DNA of 64,000 nucleotides from an uncultured Actinomycetes bacterium (GTDB lineage Bacteria > Actinomycetota > Thermoleophilia > UBA2241). Positions 10,486 to 20,623 of this stretch are shown here, in pieces. The translations under genes were made by a program, and so were the position numbers. The stretch's first letter is position 1. Every line of letters begins with the position of its first letter. The DNA lies in NCBI GenBank assembly GCA_963725665.1, contig CAVRZA010000001.1, positions 448,001 through 512,000 on the forward strand, written 5' to 3'. The notes beneath the pieces were generated by a model, which did no database searches, was not told the DNA's origin, and worked only from the letters and a program-made list of their open reading frames with translations.

Positions 10486-11627
10486 TGAGCGACCGCGAGG
10501 AGCGCGTCGACAGGGCCTTGGCCAGCCTGAAGCGCATCGACGATGAGCGGCTCGGCTCCTTGGCTGGCAGCCGTGCCGCCCAAGCCCTGTTCGAGGAGGT
10601 CGTCGCGATGGACGAACAGCAGCCGATGCCGCGAAAGCAGGGTGCCGGGGCGCGCCGCCGCACCTTGCTGCTGCGTGCCGGTGTCGCGGCGGCGGCCGTG
10701 GCGGCCTTGGTGGGCGTGCTCAGCGTCGTCAACCCGTTCGGGTCGAACGGGTTGACGACCGTGCAGCAGGCCGCCGCCGCGCTCGCGCCGCAGCAGAGCG
10801 TGATCCTACACATGAAGATGCTGGGCCGGCAGACGAACCCCGACGGCAGCGTCGTGACCTGGAGCGACGAAAGCTGGCAGGCGACGGAGGAGCCGTTCGA
10901 CAGGCGCCAGATCGAGATCGGCCCTGAAGGCAGCCGCGCTGAGACGGCGTTCGCCGACGGTCGCGGACAGCTCTACGAGGTCGACACCAACACGGTCTAC
11001 ATCGAGACCCCTCGCCTTGCAGAGTCCGCCTCGTCATCGACGGGGACCCCATCGCCGAAAGATCTCAAAGTCAGCGTCGCGCCGGGTCCCAGTCCGGGCA
11101 CCGTCAGAGTCAAGATCGCCGCGACGAATGCGGGTGACACGACGACGACCACCAGGGTCATGAGCGACAGGGACGCCAAGCTCCTCCTCGCCAGGGTGCA
11201 GGGCGGCGACGCGACGCCCCAGGTGGATGACGGCGGCTCAGCTGGGACTCTCGATGGCGAGACGGCGGATCCGTTCCGCGCCGAGATCCTCGCGATGCTT
11301 CGTTCAGGAACGGCGGTGGAAGAGGGTCGCCTGAGCATCGACGGCCGGGAAGCCATCCGTCTCGTCGCCACCCAGCGGGTGCCCGAAGGGGGTGCGCCCG
11401 GCAGTGCGAGCTACATCGTCGACGCCCGCACCTACGACCCCATCGAATGGCGCACGACCGGCGACGGTGGCGGCACCATCCTGCGCTTCGTGGTGTACGA
11501 GCACCTGCCGAACACGGCCTCCAACCGGGCTCTTCTCAGCCTCACGGAGCAGCACCCGGGCGCCCGCATCGACCGCGATCCGGCGCACTACCAGGAGGCC
11601 TCGGCCCGCCTGTTCCCGAACGGCTGA
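10485..11627 (+). CDS. Putative membrane anti-sigma factor
   Basis: TGATG coupling to the sigma gene; one TM segment followed by an extracytoplasmic domain. Confidence 0.65.
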   Translation: MSDREERVDRALASLKRIDDERLGSLAGSRAAQALFEEVVAMDEQQPMPRKQGAGARRRTLLLRAGVAAAAVAALVGVLSVVNPFGSNGLTTVQQAAAALAPQQSVILHMKMLGRQTNPDGSVVTWSDESWQATEEPFDRRQIEIGPEGSRAETAFADGRGQLYEVDTNTVYIETPRLAESASSSTGTPSPKDLKVSVAPGPSPGTVRVKIAATNAGDTTTTTRVMSDRDAKLLLARVQGGDATPQVDDGGSAGTLDGETADPFRAEILAMLRSGTAVEEGRLSIDGREAIRLVATQRVPEGGAPGSASYIVDARTYDPIEWRTTGDGGGTILRFVVYEHLPNTASNRALLSLTEQHPGARIDRDPAHYQEASARLFPNG

Positions 11628-11768
11628 CCGCCCAGCCGGCGATCCGACGGGTCGGCTGGAGTCGTCGCTCCCTGCTCATCGGCATGAAGTAGCGACGGGG
11701 GCGGGCACGCCTTGCAGGCGCGCCCGCCCCCGTCGCCGGAGACCGACTTCAGGTGACGCGGCGTCGGG

Positions 11769-13097
11769 TCACAGGATCGAGAAGTACTGTTCGATCTCGA
11801 ACGAAGTGACTTGCTCGCGGTAGCGGTACCACTCGTTCTTCTTGTTGGTGATGAAGCGCTCGAAGATGTGATCGCCCAGGGTGCGGTGGACGAGCTCGCT
11901 CTCCTCGGTGAGGTGGATGGCCTCCCACAGGTTGTTCGGCAGCGCGCCCAGGCCGATGGCCTCACGCTCGTCGGCCTGCATCTTGTAGATGTTGGGCTCT
12001 ACCGACGGCGGCAACTCGTACTCCTGCTCGATCCCCTCGAGCCCGGCCGCAAGCAGCACGGCGAAGGCCAGGTAGGGGTTGCAGGACGGGTCGGGGTTGC
12101 GCACCTCGGCGCGCACGGTGCTCTCCTTGCCGGGCACGTACAGCGGCACGCGGATGAGCGCCGTACGGTTGCGATGCGCCCACGAGATGTAGACCGGGGC
12201 CTCGTAACCGGGGACGAGGCGCTTGAAGCTGTTCACCCACTGGTCGAGCAACGAGCAGACCGCGCCCATGTGCTTGAGCTGCCCGGCGATGAAGCCGCGC
12301 GCTACGGGGGAGAGGTGGTCGGGGTCGTCGGCAGAGAAGAAAGCGTTGGTCTCCCCTCTGAAGAGGGACTGGTGGGTGTGCATGCCGCTGCCGTTCTCGC
12401 CGTGCAGCGGCTTGGGCATGAAGGTGGCGTACACGCCGTTGTGGGCGGCGACCTCCTTCGTGATGAGGCGCATGATCATCACCTGGTCGGCCATCTTCAG
12501 GGCCTTGTCGTAGTGCGGGTCGAGCTCGTGCTGTGAAGGAGCCACCTCGTGGTGGGAGGCCTCCATCACGATGCCCAGCTTCTCCAGCGTGCGCACAGTC
12601 TGCTTGCGCAGGTCGTTGCCCAGGTCGGCCGGCAGCACGTCGAAGTAGCCGCCCTCGTCGACGACCTCGGGCTTCTCGGGTGTCTTGAAGTAGAAATACT
12701 CGAGCTCGGGCCCCACGTAGAAGTCGAACCCCAGGTCGGCGGCGTGCTTGAGCTGGCGTCTGAGGATCCAGCGGGGGTCGCCTTGGTACGGCTCGAAGTC
12801 GCGGTTCAGGATGTTGCAGAAGACGAAGGCCGTGCGCTCCTGGTTCTGCGACCAGGGAAGCACACGCAAAGTCTCCCAGGCGGGCATCGCGACGATGTCC
12901 GACTCCTCGATCTCAGCGTACCCGGTGATCGACGAGCCGTCGAAGGCGGCGCCGTTCTCCATGACGCTGTCCAGCTGGGACTCCGGGATCTCGACCATCT
13001 TGAGGCTGCCCAAGATGTCGGTGAACCACAGCTGGATGTGACGCACGTTCTCGTCCGCGGCCTGCTTGCGGACCCTGGCCTGGAGCTCATTGTTCAT
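11769..13097 (-). CDS. glnA: Glutamine synthetase type I
   Basis: FDGSSI, HHEVAPSQHE, FMPKP, NGSGMHTH and RLVPGYEAP motifs. Confidence 0.96.
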   Translation of the reverse strand: MNNELQARVRKQAADENVRHIQLWFTDILGSLKMVEIPESQLDSVMENGAAFDGSSITGYAEIEESDIVAMPAWETLRVLPWSQNQERTAFVFCNILNRDFEPYQGDPRWILRRQLKHAADLGFDFYVGPELEYFYFKTPEKPEVVDEGGYFDVLPADLGNDLRKQTVRTLEKLGIVMEASHHEVAPSQHELDPHYDKALKMADQVMIMRLITKEVAAHNGVYATFMPKPLHGENGSGMHTHQSLFRGETNAFFSADDPDHLSPVARGFIAGQLKHMGAVCSLLDQWVNSFKRLVPGYEAPVYISWAHRNRTALIRVPLYVPGKESTVRAEVRNPDPSCNPYLAFAVLLAAGLEGIEQEYELPPSVEPNIYKMQADEREAIGLGALPNNLWEAIHLTEESELVHRTLGDHIFERFITNKKNEWYRYREQVTSFEIEQYFSIL

Positions 13098-13351
13098 AGT
13101 CTTCCTTTAGGCCGTGGGTTTGCCTCGCGCGCCCTACAGGGCGCTATGTCAGACCAGGGTTTTACCACCCTCGCGGTGAATGAGCAATACGGCAGCGGGC
13201 GCGGTCCCGTCTAGCCTCGCCGTCGTGCGTGGACGAAGCCAACGCAGCTTCGTTGCTTGCCTCGTTGGGCGAGGCTATACTAGCGCCCGATATTCCAGGG
13301 GTGGGTCAGGGGAAGGAAGGTTCTCTTCCCGGCCCGGAAAGGAGGACCTTC

Positions 13352-13501
13352 ATGGCGACCGAGGCGTACTGCGTGAAGTGCCGCACCAAGAGGACGATGA
13401 AGGACGAGAAGAAAGTCACGATGAAGAACGGCAAGCCCGCTACCCAGGGCACGTGCCCAGTGTGCAGCACGAAGATGTTCAAGATCGGCGCAGGCAAGTA
13501 G
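13352..13501 (+). CDS. Small zinc-ribbon protein (DUF5679-like)
   Basis: YCVKC...GTCPVCSTKMFKI; AAAGGAGG before ATG at 13352. Confidence 0.8.
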   Translation: MATEAYCVKCRTKRTMKDEKKVTMKNGKPATQGTCPVCSTKMFKIGAGK

Positions 13502-13540
13502 TAGCACCCTCGGACCACCCGGAAGCGTAGAGCAGTCTTC

Positions 13541-13580
13541 GGCGGGGGCGGCGGGCCCGGACGGGCCCGCCGCCCCCGCC
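13541..13580 (+). terminator. GC-rich hairpin, probable terminator at the end of the core region
   Basis: Perfect 18-bp inverted repeat GGCGGGGGCGGCGGGCCC / GGGCCCGCCGCCCCCGCC with a 4-nt loop, between convergent genes. Confidence 0.7.
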
Positions 13581-13657
13581 CGCTTTCACGCGTGCCGGGG
13601 AGGGCCGGGGGCAGGAGTGCCACAATCTGCCCCCGGCCCTCGTAGCTCACCACACCC

Positions 13658-14317
13658 TCAGGCGGTTCTCGAACTGCCCTCCGGCAGGAGAAGCTCGGCG
13701 AGACTGCTGGCGAGCCAGTCGCGGTAACGCTGCCTCGTCCAGCCCCGGACGCGGACAAGGAGCTGGTGGAGCTCGGGGCTCGTCAGCGCCCAGACCGTCT
13801 CGACGGCCTCGTCCACATCGAGCCGGAGCGGCCCGTTGGCAGCCAGGGCGTCGACGAGCACGTGAAGATTCTTCATCCGGTCGGCGTGCAGGGCGGCGAG
13901 GAGTTGCGCAAGCTCGGGGTCCGATCGCGACGCGCCCGCGACGACCGCGACGAGCGGCGCGGCGCGCTCGAGGCGGAGCACGATGTCGGCCGCGAAGAGC
14001 CGCAGTTGCTCGTGTTGATCGGTCGCCGCGGCCACGGCGCGCGGGCCCTTCTGCTCGGGCACAGGCGCAGGGTCGTCGCCGCGAACCGCACTGCGGACGA
14101 GTTCGCCGAGCAAGGAACGTTTGTTCCCAAAGTGGCCGTAGACGGACTCCGCCGACACATGAGCCCCCTCAGCGATCGCCGCGATGCTCGTGCCCTCATA
14201 CCCGCGCTCCCGAAATAGGGTCGCGGCGGCGTCGAGCACCAAAGCGCGCGTCTGCTCTGCCTGTTCGCGCCGGCGCTCAGAGTGATAACGGCGACGTTGG
14301 TTAGCATCTTCTGCCAT
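13658..14317 (-). CDS. TetR-family regulator
   Basis: N-terminal HTH (TSIAAIAEGAHVSAESVYGHFGNK). Confidence 0.9.
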   Translation of the reverse strand: MAEDANQRRRYHSERRREQAEQTRALVLDAAATLFRERGYEGTSIAAIAEGAHVSAESVYGHFGNKRSLLGELVRSAVRGDDPAPVPEQKGPRAVAAATDQHEQLRLFAADIVLRLERAAPLVAVVAGASRSDPELAQLLAALHADRMKNLHVLVDALAANGPLRLDVDEAVETVWALTSPELHQLLVRVRGWTRQRYRDWLASSLAELLLPEGSSRTA

Positions 14318-14323
14318 ATTGGG

Positions 14324-14358
14324 TACAGTGCCACAGTATCTACTACAGGTAAACTGTA
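14324..14358. promoter_or_regulatory. Tandem putative TetR operators
   Basis: TACAG-N5-CTGTA at 14344-14358 and a 1-mismatch copy at 14324-14338, 20 bp apart, in the divergent intergenic gap. Confidence 0.55.
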
Positions 14359-14375
14359 TCCAAAGGGAGGACCCC

Positions 14376-14825
14376 ATGTCCAGCCCAGAAGTGCTCGCCC
14401 GCCGCTTGATCGAGGAAGGCTTCAACGAGGGCAACCTCAGCGTCGCCGACGACCTCGTCTCCCCCAGCATGGTCGAACATCAGAACTTCGGACCGGATCA
14501 CGCTCCTGGAGCGGAGGGCGTCAAAGCGGTGATCTCCTCGCTGCGGCGCGCTTTCTCCGACTTCCATCTCACCATCGACGACCTCGCCGTCAACGGCGAC
14601 ACCGTCTGGCTCCGTATGACCGGCACTGGCACCAATGACGGTTCGTTCATGGGTCATCCACCGACAGGCCGCCCGATGCGTACCGACGTCTTCGACGCTC
14701 TCCGTGTCGAGAACGACCGCATAGTCGAACACTGGGGAATCCCTGACCGTCTGGGCACCCTCTTCCAGCTCGGACTGGCCGAGCCACCGCGTGCCGCCTC
14801 TTCGTCTACCTCGATGCTGACCTAG
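14376..14825 (+). CDS. SnoaL-like ester cyclase
   Basis: AFSDFHLTI, GTNDGSFMGHPPTGR and IVEHW; GGGAGG before ATG. Confidence 0.85.
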   Translation: MSSPEVLARRLIEEGFNEGNLSVADDLVSPSMVEHQNFGPDHAPGAEGVKAVISSLRRAFSDFHLTIDDLAVNGDTVWLRMTGTGTNDGSFMGHPPTGRPMRTDVFDALRVENDRIVEHWGIPDRLGTLFQLGLAEPPRAASSSTSMLT

Positions 14826-15005
14826 ATTCGGTGCGCGGCAGCTCAGTGATCCGCGAGCCCTCTCCAAGCGGCTCGAAGGCATACGGCCGAGGCCGGGGGC
14901 GCTGGATGCTTCCCACACGCCCTCGGCCTCGGCAGCCTCTCAGTGGTCGCGCCTCTCAGGCAGCGGACAAGACGCATGTCCGCGTGGCCCGTGGTGCGAC
15001 GCTTG

Positions 15006-15731
15006 TCACGCCGCCGGTCGCAGCTCGTTCTTGGAAGCGGTCGTGGAGGCGGACTCGACGGGCTCGAAGCCGAGCTGCTGCAGACCAGACGCCCTGAATC
15101 CCTTGACGACGAGGTAGACGCCCAGCGAGAACTCCCACAGCGCGATCGGGAGTGTGAGGAGCCCCGACATCGCGGAGCCATACTCGTTGGCGCCGAACAA
15201 CGTGGCGATGCTGGAAGCGACGAGCAGGGGCGCGCCGATGAATCCCAGCACGGGCAGGACCCGCGGCACCAGGCGCGACTGGTACAGCAGGTAGCCCAGC
15301 AACACGGCGTTCACGGCCGGAATGAGGCTTTGTCCGAGGATGAACGTCCAGTCATGCAGGCCGACCAGCGTCTGGCCGGTGGCCAGCGCACCTGCTCCGG
15401 CTCCGGCCTGCCGCAAGTTCACCACCGCCAGGAGGCTGAAGGCGCCGACGAAGATCATGGCGGCTTCCAGGGTCCGCACGCCGACGAAGCCCAACGCGAC
15501 CCCTTCGTTCTGCCGCTTGACCACCGGGTAGAGCGCCACGGCGGTGCCGATGCCGGCGAGGGCCACGATCAACTCCAGGACGACGCCGATGAACACGCGA
15601 GTGTCCGGGCCGGGGCCGACGATGTAGTTCGCCCCACGCACCGAACTGTAGAGAAACAGGGTCGGGATCGAGACAAAGGTGAGCAGGTAGAGCAAGCCCG
15701 CGGTCAGCGAGATCTTTCTAGTCGAATCCAT
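15006..15731 (-). CDS. DUF4386-like multi-pass membrane protein
   Basis: AGLLYLLTFV, LYQSRLVPR and WEFSLGVYLVVKGF; AAGGAG before ATG at 15731. Confidence 0.7.
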   Translation of the reverse strand: MDSTRKISLTAGLLYLLTFVSIPTLFLYSSVRGANYIVGPGPDTRVFIGVVLELIVALAGIGTAVALYPVVKRQNEGVALGFVGVRTLEAAMIFVGAFSLLAVVNLRQAGAGAGALATGQTLVGLHDWTFILGQSLIPAVNAVLLGYLLYQSRLVPRVLPVLGFIGAPLLVASSIATLFGANEYGSAMSGLLTLPIALWEFSLGVYLVVKGFRASGLQQLGFEPVESASTTASKNELRPAA

Positions 15732-15940
15732 CTTGACCAACTCCTTGGGTCGGTGCTTGGTCGAGCCGGCGATTGCGATAATGAACGTACTGCCATTTGG
15801 GAGGAAGACCCCTAATTTTCTCGGTGATGTCTGACCATGCCCCGTCTGGCGCATGGCGAACCCCAGGGCCCGTTTGGGGCGACTGGTCAACGCTCAGAGC
15901 GAGGTGCGGCGCCGGCGACGCTGCGGGAGGTGCCGCACGG

Positions 15941-16026
15941 TTCCTGCAGATTTAGCAGCTTCTTGGCAACTCGTGGTATCCTTGCCGAGCCGCAGCAGAG
16001 GAAAACCCCTGCAAAACGGCACAATG
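15941..16026 (+). repeat. Diverged copy of the about 85 bp immediately upstream of tRNA-Arg (left att arm/promoter)
   Basis: TTCCTGCAGATTT..GCAACTCGTGGTAT..CCGCAGC..CCTGCAAA.CGGCACAATG aligns with 20539-20624. Confidence 0.85.
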
Positions 16027-16032
16027 TGTCCT

Positions 16033-16605
16033 CTGGGCCGACCTCGACCTGGAGCGCGGCTTCGTCAACGTCTGCCGCACCGTCGAGGAGGACGAGGACG
16101 GCAGCCTCCTCGAGTACCCGCCGAAGAACGGCAAGGCGCGGGTGGTGCCGCTGCCCGCCGCGGCCTGCGAGGAGCTGCGCACCGCTCTCACGGCGCAGAA
16201 GGAGTACCGCCTGGCGCATGGCGGCTCTTGGAACAGGCGGGGAGGGTCGTCCCCAAGAAGGACGGCACCCAGATTGCGCCCTCGACCCTGAAGAGCCGGT
16301 GGTGGAACTGGGTGGCGCGGCAGAAGATCGATCCCCACCTGCCGATGCACGGGCTGCGCGACTCGCTCGGCACTTGGGTCTACGAGGAGTACGGCGTCAA
16401 GCAGGCGCAGGAGTGGCTCGGCCACTCCGACCCGGCGACCACGCTGCGCCACTACGTGCGCCTCACCACCGCCGCGCGGGCGAAGGCGGTCGCCGGGCTC
16501 GACGAGGTCACGCGGGCCGCGCTCGAGCGCGCCGAGTAGAGCGTCCGCGAGGACGCCCGGCCCGTCCTCGACAACGTCGTGTCGCTCGCAAGCCGGAGGC
16601 GCTGA
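16033..16605 (+). pseudogene. Tyrosine integrase family B, 3' fragment 1
   Basis: WADLDL, PPKNGKARVVPL, HGLRDSLG, WLGHSDPATTLRHY; frameshift near 16240 and in-frame TAG at 16537 before the native end NVVSLASRRR*. Confidence 0.88.
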
Positions 16606-16674
16606 CCAAGCCGAGCGGCGGCTCGGGTCACGCTAGTGCCCATTCGTGCGACAGTCTGCGACGAGCCACGCTCG

Positions 16675-17598
16675 CTAGGCGGCCTTCGGGAAGTCGCGCC
16701 GTACCACCTCCTCGAGACTCGTCGGGTGGACGCTCGGGTAGCTCCGCGCCGTCTCGCTGTCGTCGAAGGCCATGTCCGTCGTGTCCATGACGACGGCGGC
16801 CTTGGCCTGGCGGGCCATCGTCGAGCTGAAGGGCCGCATGATTACCGACATGGCCCGCAGCATCGGCAGCGGTATGTGCCGCTCGCGGCCTGAGGCGCCC
16901 GTTAGTTCCTCGAAGCGGTGCACGAGCTGGTTGACGCTCAGATCGTCCGGACCGCCGACGTCGATCGCCTGGCCACGGAGCCCGTGATCGACCAGGGCCA
17001 GTTCGATGAAGGCCGCGACATCGCGCGCCGAGACGAAGTTGATGGGATTGTCACCGCGCCCGAAGATGCGCGTCTTGTGGTCCTGGAGCAGCGGCGCCGC
17101 GACAAGCGCGGCCCAGACCTCCATCGACGGCGTGGGGCGGATGATGGTCCATGGCAGGATCGAAGACGTCAGGACCTGCTCGACCCGGTACTTGATCCGT
17201 CCCAGCTCGAGGGGGCTGTCCGGGGCGGCGCCGTGCAGCGAGACCAGGACGAAATGACTGCTGCCGGCGTTCTCCGCCGCGCGGATCAGATTGATGTTGC
17301 CCTGCAGGTCGGCGCTGCGTAGATCGCCGCCGTGTGGCCGGCCAAAGGCCGAGAAGGCCGAGACGACGGCGTCGCAGCCTTCGACCGCTGTCTCGAGGAC
17401 GTTCTGGTCCCGCACATCGCCCGGCACGACCTCGATCATCTCATTCTCCACGCTCCTGGCTCGCTCCGCGTCGCGGGCCAGGATCCGCACCTCGAAACCG
17501 TGCTCAGTCAGTCGGCCGACCAGATGGCCGCCGAGCGTGCCGGTGCCACCCGCGACGGCCACCAGACGAGGTTGATGCTCCTGCTGTTGCGTGCTCAT
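16675..17598 (-). CDS. NmrA/SDR-like NAD(P)-binding oxidoreductase
   Basis: GGTGTLG Rossmann motif, WTIIRP, FVSARDVA. Confidence 0.85.
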   Translation of the reverse strand: MSTQQQEHQPRLVAVAGGTGTLGGHLVGRLTEHGFEVRILARDAERARSVENEMIEVVPGDVRDQNVLETAVEGCDAVVSAFSAFGRPHGGDLRSADLQGNINLIRAAENAGSSHFVLVSLHGAAPDSPLELGRIKYRVEQVLTSSILPWTIIRPTPSMEVWAALVAAPLLQDHKTRIFGRGDNPINFVSARDVAAFIELALVDHGLRGQAIDVGGPDDLSVNQLVHRFEELTGASGRERHIPLPMLRAMSVIMRPFSSTMARQAKAAVVMDTTDMAFDDSETARSYPSVHPTSLEEVVRRDFPKAA

Positions 17599-18011
17599 GC
17601 GACTCGCCTCCCGCTCGCCAGGTCGGTGACTGCCTGCTCGATGCCGGCGCCACTCTCATCCACGGGCTCCATGTAGAGGCGCATCCAGCGGACGACGTCG
17701 TCGCGCTGGCCCAGGATGATGACGCCGCGCATCACCCATGGGCTGCCGTCGCGGCCCGTGCCACGCCACTCCCACTCCGTCCAGACCTCGTCCCCGTATG
17801 CTGCCCAGCTCTTCAGCTCGGCCTTGAGATCGGGCACGCTGCCGAGGATCTGCGTCCAGTTCTTGCGCACCTGCTCGCTCCCCCGGAACGAGCGGTCAGG
17901 GTGTGCGGGCTGGTCACTGTCGTAGTCGGGGTCGAAACATGCCGTGAGCGCGTCGAGATCGTGGTCATTGATGGCTTGCTGCATGCTCTGCACTATGCGT
18001 GGGGGGTTCAT
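17595..18011 (-). CDS. SnoaL/NTF2-like protein
   Basis: AINDHDLDALTACFDPDY and MRLYME; ATGA overlap with the SDR gene. Confidence 0.8.
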   Translation of the reverse strand: MNPPRIVQSMQQAINDHDLDALTACFDPDYDSDQPAHPDRSFRGSEQVRKNWTQILGSVPDLKAELKSWAAYGDEVWTEWEWRGTGRDGSPWVMRGVIILGQRDDVVRWMRLYMEPVDESGAGIEQAVTDLASGRRVA

Positions 18012-18183
18012 CACCACATCACCGACTCTCGCAGGAGCCACGGCCCAACGGCGCTGACCCTGCCGAGACCGCTGCTCGCTTCCGTTTCTCCGATGTCGGC
18101 AGTGTTCCCGAGTTCGTCGGGAAGAACGCACCGCCGCCGCCCTGCTCGCGTCGTGAGCAACCCTCCCTCAGCGCGTCAGATAC

Positions 18184-18209
18184 TTGACAGTATCATTGAT
18201 ATCATCAAT
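18184..18209 (+). promoter_or_regulatory. -35 TTGACA plus palindromic operator (putative MarR site)
   Basis: TTGACA at 18184; ATTGAT-atc-ATCAAT at 18195-18209 just before marR. Confidence 0.55.
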
Positions 18210-18219
18210 CATATCCGCC

Positions 18220-18720
18220 ATGGACCACCCGCCGATCTCCGCGCACGACGAAGGGCTCTTCGAGCATGATGTCGGAGTCAGCTACCTGCACCTGCTGCGC
18301 GAGGTGCTGCTCACGTACCGGCTTCTCATGCGGGGGGCGACGGCCGAGTTCGGGGTCTCGGGCGCCCAGTTCGAGGTCCTGCGGCAGCTCGCCCTGGCAG
18401 GCGGTCGCTCCATGACCTCGGCGTTGGCGCGCGACCTGGCCGTCGACCCGGCCGCCGTGACGCGGCTCGTCGCCGGCCTGGAGCGCCTCGAGCTGGTCTC
18501 GCGCGAGGACGATGTGCGGGACGGGCGCCGGCGGCCGGTGCTGCTCACGCCCGCCGGCCGCGCCATGATGCTCGACTTTCACGCGCGCATGCACGCCCGC
18601 GAGGCCGCGCTGGCCGAGTCTATCGACCAGGCGTCGATCGACGGCGCCATGCGTGTCCTCCAGACCATCAGAAGCGTCTTCGACCCCAGCGCGCTGCGCC
18701 GGCCGAGCCAGTCCAAGTGA
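18220..18720 (+). CDS. MarR-family regulator
   Basis: VTRLVAGLERLELVSR...DGRRRPVLLTPAG wing motif. Confidence 0.88.
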   Translation: MDHPPISAHDEGLFEHDVGVSYLHLLREVLLTYRLLMRGATAEFGVSGAQFEVLRQLALAGGRSMTSALARDLAVDPAAVTRLVAGLERLELVSREDDVRDGRRRPVLLTPAGRAMMLDFHARMHAREAALAESIDQASIDGAMRVLQTIRSVFDPSALRRPSQSK

Positions 18721-18730
18721 GGAGACTCTC

Positions 18731-18994
18731 GTGAATGCGAACCCTGGACGCCTGGACGCCTCGAAACCGCGGCGCCGTCACAGCCGGACCACGACGCCTT
18801 TCGTCGCCCTGGATCGATCGCTCTGCAAGGCGTGCTGGTGTTGTGTAGCGGCCTGCCCCGAGGCCGTCCTCGGCAAGCTGGAGTTCGGCTGGCACAAGCA
18901 CGCCGTGGTCGACTCCGGCGAGCTTTGCACCGGATGTGGCAAGTGCCTGAAGGCATGCACGTCCGGAGCGCTCAGCGGCCGCAGCGTCGCGTAG
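18731..18994 (+). CDS. 2x[4Fe-4S] ferredoxin-like protein
   Basis: CKACWCCVAACP and CTGCGKCLKAC; GAGGAG before GTG. Confidence 0.8.
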   Translation: MNANPGRLDASKPRRRHSRTTTPFVALDRSLCKACWCCVAACPEAVLGKLEFGWHKHAVVDSGELCTGCGKCLKACTSGALSGRSVA

Positions 18995-19149
18995 TCGATG
19001 GGTCACTTGGGCGGGGACCTTCACATGGACGCGCCAGAGAAACAGACGTCGAGCGAGGTCCTGCCTTGGGCTCTGATCGGCGTCTATTTCGCGGCCAGTC
19101 TGGCCGACAAGATCTACCCGAACGCCGCCTGCGGCGTGACCTTCGTCGT

Positions 19150-19430
19150 CGCCGCGAGGGCGCCAGCCGTTTCTTCGAACGGAGTGCCGGGGTCGGGCCA
19201 GTGCAGCTGGTAGAGGTCGATGTAGTCCGTGCCAAGGTTGCGCAGGCTCGACTCCACGCCCTCCCTCAGCCAGGACGCGCTCGAGTCCCTGACGAGGGTG
19301 TCTCCCTCCATGCGCAGCCCGCCCTTGGTCGCCACGATCACCTCATCGCGCCGGACCCGTTCCCACAGCGCCTCGCCCAGCAAACGCTCGGACACGCCGA
19401 AGCCGTAGCCCTGTGCCGTGTCGTTGGCGA
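19150..19430 (-). pseudogene. Aldo/keto reductase internal fragment
   Basis: DTAQGYGFGVSE, ATKGG and SLRNLGTDYIDLYQLHWPD; both ends missing. Confidence 0.8.
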
Positions 19431-19453
19431 AGATGTGTGGGAGTGTCACAGAG

Positions 19454-19779
19454 CACCCTCGACCATGAAGAGCCAGTGGTGGAACTGGGTCGCCCGCCAG
19501 AGGATCGACCCGCATCTGCTCATCCACGGCCGGCGCGACTCGTTCGGTACCTGGGTCTGCGAGACCTACGGCGTCAAGCAGGCGCAGGAGCGGCTCGGCC
19601 ACTCCGACCCGGCGACCACGCTGCGCCACTACGTGCGCCTGACCACCGCCGCAAGGGCGAAGGCGGTCGCGGGGCTCGACGAGGTGACGCGGGCCGCGCT
19701 CGAGGCTGCCCAGGCGCAGTGCATGGAGGACGAGACGCCGCCGAACAATGTTGTCGAGTTGGCCAGCCGACGCCGCTGA
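19454..19779 (+). pseudogene. Tyrosine integrase family B, 3' fragment 2
   Basis: PSTMKSQWWNWVARQRIDPHL..LGHSDPATTLRHY..NVVELASRRR*, closely matching 16277-16605. Confidence 0.9.
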
Positions 19780-19839
19780 AGCTGTCAGGTGGCGGCGACC
19801 TCCAGGGACGTGGTGCGCTTCAGCCGCGACTGTGAGCGC

Positions 19840-20211
19840 TCAGCTCACCGCTTGCTTCACGAGCGCGGTGATCTTCGCCTCCTCGGCGGCGGTCAACTTC
19901 TTCACCGCGAAGGCGACTGGCCACATTGCGCCTTCGTCGAGGTTCGCCTCGTGCTGGAAGCCAAACGTCGCGTACCTCGTCTTGAATTTCTGTGCGCTTT
20001 GGAAGAAGCACACGACCTTGCCGTCCTTGGCATACGCGGGCATCCCGTACCAGAGTCTTGGCGAGAGAACTGGTCCGTTGGCTTTGATGATCGCATGGAG
20101 CCGCTCGGCTATGGCGCGATCAGGTTCCGGCATCGCGGCGATGTTTGCGAGCACCTCGGCCTCGCCGTCGGCCTTCTTCGTTGCCTTGTTCGCAGCTTTC
20201 TTCTCAGCCAT
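19840..20211 (-). CDS. DUF1801-like protein
   Basis: [19 protein letters not shown] and TRYATFGF. Confidence 0.75.
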   Translation of the reverse strand: MAEKKAANKATKKADGEAEVLANIAAMPEPDRAIAERLHAIIKANGPVLSPRLWYGMPAYAKDGKVVCFFQSAQKFKTRYATFGFQHEANLDEGAMWPVAFAVKKLTAAEEAKITALVKQAVS

Positions 20212-20324
20212 AGTGCCTTCCCTCCTATCTGCGGAGCTGTCAGTGAGGAATCAACGCGGTCGGTTCAACGAACAGCTTGTACCCGGCGCAGCGGGCCGAG
20301 AACATACATACCCGCCTGCGTGGT

Positions 20325-20510
20325 GTGGCCGATGGAGAAGATCGCCCGCGTCGTCGTCCGCGCCCGCGGCCTGCAGGTCCACGCAGCCGGCGTGCTCGCC
20401 GGCTTCTCCGGCCTCAGGGTCGGGGAGGTCGCGGGCCTGCGCTGGTCCGACCTCGACTTCGACCAGGGTTTCGTGCATGTGCACTTCACCATCGAGGAGG
20501 ACGAGGACAA
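20325..20510 (+). pseudogene. Tyrosine integrase family B, internal fragment 3
   Basis: FSGLRVGEVAGLRWSDLDFDQGFVHVHFTIEEDED; overlaps the region at the start of fragment 1 (VEEDED). Confidence 0.8.
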
Positions 20511-20550
20511 GACGCCGGGAAGGGTTCCACCGTCGCGTTTCCTGCAGATT

Positions 20551-20580
20551 TGGCAACTTATTAGCAACTCGTGGTATTCT
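20551..20580 (+). promoter_or_regulatory. Putative tRNA promoter (extended -10) overlapping GCAACT direct repeats
   Basis: TGnTATTCT at 20572-20580; TGGCAACT/TAGCAACT 11 bp apart; motif conserved in the 15941 copy. Confidence 0.55.
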
Positions 20581-20623
20581 GGTCCGGCCGCAGCGGGACA
20601 AAGTACCTGCAAATCGGCACAAT

